From IMG/VR virus record IMGVR_UViG_3300028903_000203: a stretch of DNA of 45,595 nucleotides, one strand, 5' to 3'. The position numbers were made by a program, and so were the translations under genes. Below the pieces are notes generated by a model that saw only the letters and a program-made list of their open reading frames with translations, searched no databases and was not told the DNA's origin. The stretch comes from an uncultured virus (IMG/VR IMGVR_UViG_3300028903_000203) (lineage: Duplodnaviria > Heunggongvirae > Uroviricota > Caudoviricetes). Below are positions 26,356-33,252 of this stretch, piece after piece (position 1 is the first letter of the stretch; each line of letters starts with the position of its first letter).

Positions 26356-27402
26356 ATGATGGCTGACAATCACCTGGCAAAGATGCAACGAGGTTGGCTC
26401 CTGCCATATCTGAGTCAGCTTGACGTTCTAGCTCGGCCCGACAAAGGCTACGAGGGCCACGGCCGCTGGGCCTATTGGCTCGACGCCTGCGAGCGTGGGG
26501 TCGTGCCGGAAGCGCCGATCCCATCCATCGAGTTCACGATGTGGCCCAATGAAGAAGCGGTGGCGCACATCAAGGAAGTCCTGGACGTGTATGTGGGCCG
26601 GGGGTACTGGTATGATGACGCCTGGCTGGTTCTGGTGAAGTGGCTCTTGCACGGCTTTGGCCGGTGGGGGCTGGAAGAAGAGGTGGAGCGCATCCCCGCC
26701 GATGTGCGCAACCAGTGGTACGAGCTGTTCGACCTGAGCTGGCTCCTGCGCCGCCCGGCCCCGGATTGGAGTGCCTACATCCTGCAAGGTTGCCCCCGCT
26801 GGATGAACCAGAAGGGTGGGGCCCGCTGGGCCAAGTCGACCGCGTTCTTTGCCACACCCATAAACGTGAGCCGCATGATGGCGGAGATGACCTTTTGCGG
26901 GATTGATCCGGAAGAAGCCAAGGTGCAGAGCGTGTGTGACCCGTGCGTGGGCACCGGAGGCATGCTGCTGGTGGCGAGCAACCACAGTCTGTTGCTCTAC
27001 GGGATGGATATTGTCTCTGACCTGTGCTTATGCACGGAACTGAACGGTTGGCTCTGGGCTCCCTGGATGGTCTATATGCCGGACGCCATGCGCCAGGTCT
27101 TGGAGCGGGCCCGGTGGGACACCTTGCCGCTGGATGCGCAGCCCGCCGTGCTCGGGCTCAGCGAAACGGTCCCGGTGATCCGGCTAGAAACCGAACCGGC
27201 CAAGGTCGCGGCGGTACAAGCGTATCGCCGGGGCGAGCTGAGCCAGAGTGAGATGATCGCGGCCACCCTGGGTAGAAGCACAGACTCTGCGGCGGAGAAG
27301 CCGGCGCAGTCGGCCGAGCTGACAGCTCCTCCTGCGGCCCCGGCCAGAGCTGTCCGCGGGCGCAAGAGCGGGCGGGCGACCAGCGCCAGTGCCGCAAGAT
27401 AG
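26356..27402 (+). CDS. N6-adenine DNA methyltransferase-like protein (SAM-binding half only)
   Basis: FFATPINVSRMMAEM, SVCDPCVGTGGMLL, LYGMDI; no NPPY/F motif seen. Confidence 0.75.
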   Translation: MMADNHLAKMQRGWLLPYLSQLDVLARPDKGYEGHGRWAYWLDACERGVVPEAPIPSIEFTMWPNEEAVAHIKEVLDVYVGRGYWYDDAWLVLVKWLLHGFGRWGLEEEVERIPADVRNQWYELFDLSWLLRRPAPDWSAYILQGCPRWMNQKGGARWAKSTAFFATPINVSRMMAEMTFCGIDPEEAKVQSVCDPCVGTGGMLLVASNHSLLLYGMDIVSDLCLCTELNGWLWAPWMVYMPDAMRQVLERARWDTLPLDAQPAVLGLSETVPVIRLETEPAKVAAVQAYRRGELSQSEMIAATLGRSTDSAAEKPAQSAELTAPPAAPARAVRGRKSGRATSASAAR

Positions 27403-27428
27403 ACAAATGTAGTGAAGTGTAGTATAAT
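27400..27428 (+). promoter_or_regulatory. sigma70 promoter with tandem TGTAGT boxes
   Basis: TAGACA-N17-TATAAT; TGTAGTGAAGTGTAGT runs through the spacer; shares TGTAGTATAAT with the 18201 promoter. Confidence 0.7.
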
Positions 27429-27604
27429 GATGACAATCGGGTAAGTGGACGGAAACGTTCCCCCGATGAAGCCGCGCCAAGGCGGTGACTAGACCCTAGC
27501 CGGCAGTTTTTTGTGGCCGGTATAGATATGCCCGTTGGGCGTAACGCCACAACTTGCAGAGGTTAGTAACGACGCGCCACGGGCAGTACTCGGAGGGTAT
27601 AGTC

Positions 27605-27883
27605 ATGTCTGAACCGGATGCGAAGTCCACCTATCCATCAAGCTTGCGTTTGTCTGGAACGGTTGTGCAGGCGTTTGCCGACATTGGGGCCGCGCAAGTG
27701 CCCCCCATTGACATCCACCAGAAAGGTATCCTGCCCCGCCTGATCTCCCAAGTCATTCCCTGGGCCCGCGATGTACTGCTGGGCCGCATCCACATTTGCC
27801 CCGACGACCGGGCGGTGATGCGCGAGGACGCGGGAGGGTTCGTCTGCCCCCAGTGCGGCGGAACCTGGCGGCGGCCTGGATAG
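27605..27883 (+). CDS. Putative ribbon-helix-helix-like regulator with C-terminal Zn ribbon
   Basis: GGAGG RBS; YPSSLRLSGTVVQAF (Arc-like strand-helix); CPDD..CPQCG. Confidence 0.55.
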   Translation: MSEPDAKSTYPSSLRLSGTVVQAFADIGAAQVPPIDIHQKGILPRLISQVIPWARDVLLGRIHICPDDRAVMREDAGGFVCPQCGGTWRRPG

Positions 27884-27981
27884 TCCTGTCCCAGCGGCGG
27901 TAGACCATGTTGACAGGACAGCGGGAGCCGCATCCCGTTGTCCTCGTCGGGCCATAGTTCTACGGCGTATGCCGCCGCAAC

Positions 27982-28013
27982 CCACCAGGCCGGCCAAGTG
28001 ACCGGCCTGGTGG
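27982..28013 (+). terminator. Hairpin terminator insulating array 2
   Basis: CCACCAGGCCGG-N8-CCGGCCTGGTGG followed by CGTTTT. Confidence 0.55.
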
Positions 28014-28040
28014 CGTTTTGGGGGGCAGGTCGGCCCCCTA

Positions 28041-28069
28041 TAGACACGAGACTCACCAACCGCTACAAT
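28041..28069 (+). promoter_or_regulatory. sigma70-like promoter of array 2
   Basis: TAGACA-N17-TACAAT; GCTACAATAGA is shared with the 17856 promoter. Confidence 0.6.
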
Positions 28070-28119
28070 AGAAAGTGCATTGGAGACGCCAAGTCTCCAT
28101 GTTGCTATGGAGAAAGCCC

Positions 28120-29838
28120 ATGAGCTGCAAAGACGAAGCGGAAAAGGAAGCCGGCGCACTCGAGCCACAAACGCGCGTGGCCGGGAGTCAGGTCAACGGG
28201 CAGCCGATTTGCCCCTATCCGGGCTGTAGCCAACCCCTGGACGCCCAATTGAATTGCCCGCGCGGCCACAGTCAATGCCCGGCGGACAGGGCGCGGGCAC
28301 TGCTGGCCGAGATCGAGGAGATATGGCAAAGCCAGGCGCTGACAGTAGATACGGTTGTGCGCGGCAACAGCCTAGAGCTAGCAGGCGCGTACCTCGTGGT
28401 GGCGCGGAGAGCGGCGCAAGAGTCAGGCCAGAGCGCGTTGGTCAAACGGGTGGCGCGGTACGAGCAGGCTATGCAGGGCGCTGCGGCGGCGGGCCAGGCC
28501 CCCTGGTCCGAGCGAGTCCGGCAGCGTGTCGGCCAGGTGCTGGCGGCGGGTCGCGCCTGGCTCGACTGGCGGGCGCAAGGGGGGACGCCCCCGGCGACCG
28601 CTGCGCAGCGGCGGCAGTGGCGGGCCATGTTTGGGTCTTCCTCCCCGGACGCCCAGACGGTGGCACGGCACGTCCAGCAGGCGGTGCGGGCCAGCGCTGA
28701 CCTCACTGACGATCCATTGGAAGTGGAAGCACGGGCGCTGCGGGACACGGCGGCGGTGCGGATGCTTTTGGACCAGGCGGGCGACGCCATGGGCCAACCA
28801 GCACCGGGCAGCATTGCCGTGGCCTATGCCCAGACGGCGCTGCAAGTAGCTACGGAGCGCCAGCGGTCTGATCTGCGGGCCCAAGCCCGGCCCGTCTTAC
28901 GCCAGGCGCTGGTGCGGGAGTGGCTCGGCGAGCGCGGGCTCCAGCAGCGGATGGCCGACATGGGCTCCCAGATGGAGCTGGTTCTCGCCGCCCCCCAGGT
29001 AGGGGCATTGGCAGATGAGCCGGCCCTCGCTCGGGGCGTGCTGACCGCCGTCTGGATGGAGGGAGGACCGCTGTCGGCAACTGCGGGCGCGTTGTGGGAC
29101 AAGACGCTCCCCGCGCTCTGCATGGGCTGGCGACACCAGATACGGGACGCCGGGTTGGGCGACTTTGATGAGCGTGACATCCGGAGGATGCTGGCGGAGT
29201 GGGCGTTCCGGCTGCGCCAAACTGGCCGGGGGGCCCTGGAGGAAGAAGAACTCGGCCGCCAGCCGGCCCACGAGGGACTGGTGGGCGAGGCCGGCGCGCT
29301 GGCCGCAGCGCTCCGGCAGATCAGTGTGGGCCCCGGCCAGACGGGGCCGTTGGTGGCCGTTGGCCCGCGCTACGCTTTCTTGTCCCCAGTTTTGGAGGCA
29401 GCGCTAGTGGCGCAGCACGTGAGCCGCCTACCGCTGGGCGAGCCGGCCCGCTTGGTCGAAGCGGACCGGCCCCGGTGGGGCGAGGCGTTTGCCGTGGCGA
29501 TGGAGCTGCGTACCGCTCGCGGGCTTTGGGAAAACGCGGTCGCCGAGATCGCCGCGCTGTTACCCCCAGTTACGGCGGCCCATCGGGGCAAAGAGCAAGC
29601 CCTCCGGGTAGCCTTGGCGGTGGAAACGCTGGCGCGCACCGGGTTGTGTGGTCGGGAAAAGGAGGCCCGGGAAATAGCGCGGCAGTTGCAGGTCTGGCTT
29701 CAGCAGAGCCCCCCGTTGGGCGTGGCCTCCGCTTTCTGGGAAGAGGGGCGGCTGGGGGAAGCGCGCCAGGCGGTGGCGGCTCTGCTGGTCCCCACGCCGG
29801 GCCCATCGCCCCTAGTCAGTCCGAGGACCACCGGCTAG
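28120..29838 (+). CDS. MSC-leader family protein 11 (subtype B) with degenerate NACHT/STAND helical-winged-helix region
   Basis: MSCKDEAEKE leader; LADEPALA, RMLAEWAF, RYAFLSPVLEAALVA, RWGEAF; no Walker A. Confidence 0.85.
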   Translation: MSCKDEAEKEAGALEPQTRVAGSQVNGQPICPYPGCSQPLDAQLNCPRGHSQCPADRARALLAEIEEIWQSQALTVDTVVRGNSLELAGAYLVVARRAAQESGQSALVKRVARYEQAMQGAAAAGQAPWSERVRQRVGQVLAAGRAWLDWRAQGGTPPATAAQRRQWRAMFGSSSPDAQTVARHVQQAVRASADLTDDPLEVEARALRDTAAVRMLLDQAGDAMGQPAPGSIAVAYAQTALQVATERQRSDLRAQARPVLRQALVREWLGERGLQQRMADMGSQMELVLAAPQVGALADEPALARGVLTAVWMEGGPLSATAGALWDKTLPALCMGWRHQIRDAGLGDFDERDIRRMLAEWAFRLRQTGRGALEEEELGRQPAHEGLVGEAGALAAALRQISVGPGQTGPLVAVGPRYAFLSPVLEAALVAQHVSRLPLGEPARLVEADRPRWGEAFAVAMELRTARGLWENAVAEIAALLPPVTAAHRGKEQALRVALAVETLARTGLCGREKEAREIARQLQVWLQQSPPLGVASAFWEEGRLGEARQAVAALLVPTPGPSPLVSPRTTG

Positions 29839-29856
29839 AAAGGTGTAGAGATAGCC

Positions 29857-30444
29857 ATGAGCTGCACAGGCGAGAAGAAGAGCCAGGCGGGATCATTGGA
29901 GGAAGCCTCCCGCATCGCTAGCGCCCAGGTCAACGCCGCACCCGTTTGCCAGCACTCCGGGTGCGGCCAACCGCTCGACGCCCAACAACAGTGTCCGCGC
30001 GGCCACGGCCATGAGGATGGAGCGGCGGAGGAACACCCGGAACGGGAGCCCCGCGGGCAGAGCAGGGAGGCTGAACTCAGTACCTTGCGGGCGGCTCTAC
30101 TGCGCCGGCACGCAGGCATCGAGTTGTGGATCAATCTGTCGGCCAGCGGGCATCTGGTAGTGGGGAAGATTGTGGTGCCCCGGGAGCAGCGGGGTAGAGG
30201 CATCGGCTCGGCGATTATGCAAGAGCTGGTCGCCGTAGCGGACAGGTGGGGTGTGCCGATGGCGCTGACCCCGGATCGCACTTTTGGTGGCAGCGTGAGT
30301 CGCTTGCGGGAGTTCTACCGCGGCTTTGGTTTTGTGCCCAACAAGGGGCGGGCCATGGACTACACGACATTAGAAACGATGGTCCGTCCGGTGCCGCCCG
30401 GTCGGAAAGCGGCGGAGAGTGTCGCCCCAGGAGAACAACGATGA
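29857..30444 (+). CDS. MSC-leader family protein 12 (subtype B) with C-terminal GNAT acetyltransferase
   Basis: KIVVPREQRGRGIGSAIM (acetyl-CoA motif A) and LREFYRGFGFV (motif B). Confidence 0.88.
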   Translation: MSCTGEKKSQAGSLEEASRIASAQVNAAPVCQHSGCGQPLDAQQQCPRGHGHEDGAAEEHPEREPRGQSREAELSTLRAALLRRHAGIELWINLSASGHLVVGKIVVPREQRGRGIGSAIMQELVAVADRWGVPMALTPDRTFGGSVSRLREFYRGFGFVPNKGRAMDYTTLETMVRPVPPGRKAAESVAPGEQR

Positions 30445-31577
30445 GCTGCACGGGTGAGAAGAAGAAACAATCGGAGGTATTGGCGCAAGCCAGCAAGATC
30501 GCGGGCAGCCAGGTCAGCGGGGCCGCGGTCTGCATGTATCCCGGCTGCAACCAGCCGCTGGACGCGCAGCAAGAGTGCCCGCGCGGCCACAGTCAGTGCC
30601 CCACGGACGTGGCGCGGGCGCTGCTCGCGCCAGCGCTGCGCTGGCGCGCGGGTGACGATGACGGTCGCTATAGCTGGGCATCCATGCACCATTGGGCGGC
30701 CCTGGCGCGGGAAGTAGCTGCGGAGCAGGGGGACGCCGAGTTGGCGGTGGAGGCCGAGCGGATCGCGGGGTGGGCGGAACGCTGTGTGGCGTCGCCGGAC
30801 ATCCCCCTGGACACCGCGAAAGGACCGCAGCGGGGGCGGCCCATTGCAACGGCGCGGCTGGGCGTGCCCTGCCACCGTCTGGCCGCGGGGCAAGTGGGGG
30901 CGGTCGCCCGCTGTTATCGGGACGACTGTAGGGCTCCAATCGCCCGCGGCACGGGCAAGTGCGTGCGGGGGCATCCGCAGGGTGAGGAGCAGCCGGCCCC
31001 AGACGCGGCGATGCCCACGGTCGAGACCCTGGGCCGCATGCTGGCCCAACAACTGGGTCTGGACGACCTGCGCATCAGCGTCGTGGACGATCTCTCGCGG
31101 GGTGCGGAAACCATCGTCTTTGCCCTGCCCACCAGTGCTTTGACCGCGGCGCAACAGCAGCAGGTGATCGACCAGCTCGAGCCGACCTTGCGCCAGCTCG
31201 GCCAGCCGGGTTACTGGCGCGTCAGAGAGGGCCGGCTTGTGGTAGAGGGGGTGTCTCGGGGCGCAACCAAGGTATTGTATCAAGAGTTGGCCGCGCAAGA
31301 GGCCCGGGCGCAGAACGCCGCGGCGGGCTATGTGCAGCCCTTGCGGAAGCAGATGGAAAGGGCTGGTAGTCTTCGGCAAATCTCGGACTCCGCCCTCTTC
31401 CGACATATCCAGACCGCGTATTGGCATCTGTCCACCGCAGAGTACGCGCATCTGTGGCGCTTTTTGGTGGATGAGGCAGGTATCTGTCCCGACTGCCATC
31501 GGCCTCTGACGAAAGAGAAGCTTTGCAGCCATGGTCACATTGTGAGCACGCCACACGCGCCTCAGCCGCTGTACTAG
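30441..31577 (+). CDS. MSC-leader family protein 13 (subtype B) with a second internal leader-like finger
   Basis: ATG at 30441 (ATGA overlap); internal RLAAGQVGAVARCYRDDC..GKCVRGHPQ; terminal CPDC..LCSHGH. Confidence 0.85.
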   Translation: MSCTGEKKKQSEVLAQASKIAGSQVSGAAVCMYPGCNQPLDAQQECPRGHSQCPTDVARALLAPALRWRAGDDDGRYSWASMHHWAALAREVAAEQGDAELAVEAERIAGWAERCVASPDIPLDTAKGPQRGRPIATARLGVPCHRLAAGQVGAVARCYRDDCRAPIARGTGKCVRGHPQGEEQPAPDAAMPTVETLGRMLAQQLGLDDLRISVVDDLSRGAETIVFALPTSALTAAQQQQVIDQLEPTLRQLGQPGYWRVREGRLVVEGVSRGATKVLYQELAAQEARAQNAAAGYVQPLRKQMERAGSLRQISDSALFRHIQTAYWHLSTAEYAHLWRFLVDEAGICPDCHRPLTKEKLCSHGHIVSTPHAPQPLY

Positions 31578-31630
31578 GCCCGTAGTTACGGCGGGGTGGT
31601 GTCCCGGCAGCGAATCCAGAGAGGTCAGCA

Positions 31631-33238
31631 ATGAGTTGCACTGGCGAGAAGAAAAACCAGTCGGAAGTCTTGGCGCGAGCCAGCAAGATAGCGGGCGGCC
31701 AGGTCAGCGGGGCCGCGATCTGCCTCTATCCCGGCTGCAACCGGGCCCTCAACGCGCAGCAGGAGTGCCCGGCCGGCCACAGCCAGTGCCCCACGGACGT
31801 GGCGCAGGCGTTGCTGGGGGGGCCGCTGGCCCAGTGGCGGCAGGAAGGCACCTACACGAAGCTGACGGTCGCCGAGTGTATGCAGGCGCTGCGGAATGCG
31901 GAGGCCGCGCTGAGCATCGCTACCCAGTTGGAACTGGCCGACTTGGCGCAACAGGCGCAGGCGGCTATCCAATGGGGGCACGCCGACCTAGCTGAGCAAG
32001 AGGAGAACGGCGTTTGTGACACTTGGCAGAAGGGGAATGGAACCTGGGTGGCCATGCCCCGCTTTGGGCCGGCGTTTTGTGGCACGGGGGAGACGGAGGA
32101 TGAGGCGCTCTCTGACCTGGAGCAGATGTTGGAGCAAGCCGGGGGGAATCCCCTACCTTCCGTCCCGACTCCTATGGAGGAGCAAGTGGAACGGGCAACC
32201 CGGCTAGCACGTCTTAGACCGGACTCTTCGGCCTATCAGTCATTCATTTTGTCTGACGCTGAGATTGCTACAGCGAGGCAAGCGTTGCAGAGGGTGGGGC
32301 TTACAACGTGGGACAGGTATACGAACAGAGAGACCCTGACTCCCCATCTATTAGCTCTCGAAGCGGGCGGGGGCAACTCGCAAACTGCTGAATACCGGCG
32401 TGCAGCGGAGGTGATCTACGCCGCGCTAACCGCCGTTGCTGAAACGGAGCGGGAAGGGGCCGGCCCCCCGGTGATTCCCGAGCTACAGGCCGAAATGATG
32501 ACCGCAGCCTGGGTCGCAAAAAGGCACACAAAGAAGAAGGAATCTGCTGCGGTGGAGCCTCTGCCCCGCGAACTCCTGGGCATGCCCGAAGCCGAGTTTC
32601 AGGACATCGTGGACCGGGCGGTGGATTGGTACTATCTGCGGGTCCAGTCCGGCGGCATGGCCACCAAGTCGGAGTGCGAACTGTGGCTCATGGCGCAGTA
32701 TAACCTGACCCCTACGGCCGCCCGCGAGGTCACCAACTTCGCCGAAAGCCATGACAGCTCTTACCGTATCGGCAGTGGTGCGGGCAACATCAGTTGGCGG
32801 AGCCGCGAGCGGCCGGCCCCAACCACCCTACCCCCGCTCCCGCAAGTGGCTTATCCAGTGGCTCTCGACGGGGCGGTACGGGCAGCACGGCGCGCCCGCA
32901 GGGTGGACGATCTGCCCCGCTACCCCGGCCAAGAGGCGTACCGCGCGCCCACCGGCTACGAGCCCGAGCGCGGCGCTACGGCGGCGGATGTGGTGCGCTT
33001 TGAGATGGAGGAGCTGGGCAACGACTTGGTGGTGTCCCCGGCTATCCGAGCGGCGCTGGGCCAATTCCCAGCTACGCGACTGGTGTGGGTCGCACGCACC
33101 CCCGGAGTGGCAGCCCGCTACGGCGAGCGCGCGGGACACGAGACAGAGAGCACCCCCGTCGAAACGCTGGCCATGGGGGAGCCTGACCTGATCGTAGCCA
33201 CCGACGGTGAAGATGGCTACCTGGTGCTGCGGGGGTGA
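31631..33238 (+). CDS. MSC-leader family protein 14 (subtype B) with HicB-like segment and possible ART-like tail
   Basis: Leader; GTWVAMPRFGPAFCGTGETEDEALSDL; AYR..LVWVARTPGVAARYG. Confidence 0.85.
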   Translation: MSCTGEKKNQSEVLARASKIAGGQVSGAAICLYPGCNRALNAQQECPAGHSQCPTDVAQALLGGPLAQWRQEGTYTKLTVAECMQALRNAEAALSIATQLELADLAQQAQAAIQWGHADLAEQEENGVCDTWQKGNGTWVAMPRFGPAFCGTGETEDEALSDLEQMLEQAGGNPLPSVPTPMEEQVERATRLARLRPDSSAYQSFILSDAEIATARQALQRVGLTTWDRYTNRETLTPHLLALEAGGGNSQTAEYRRAAEVIYAALTAVAETEREGAGPPVIPELQAEMMTAAWVAKRHTKKKESAAVEPLPRELLGMPEAEFQDIVDRAVDWYYLRVQSGGMATKSECELWLMAQYNLTPTAAREVTNFAESHDSSYRIGSGAGNISWRSRERPAPTTLPPLPQVAYPVALDGAVRAARRARRVDDLPRYPGQEAYRAPTGYEPERGATAADVVRFEMEELGNDLVVSPAIRAALGQFPATRLVWVARTPGVAARYGERAGHETESTPVETLAMGEPDLIVATDGEDGYLVLRG

Positions 33239-33252
33239 GTAGGAGAACGACA

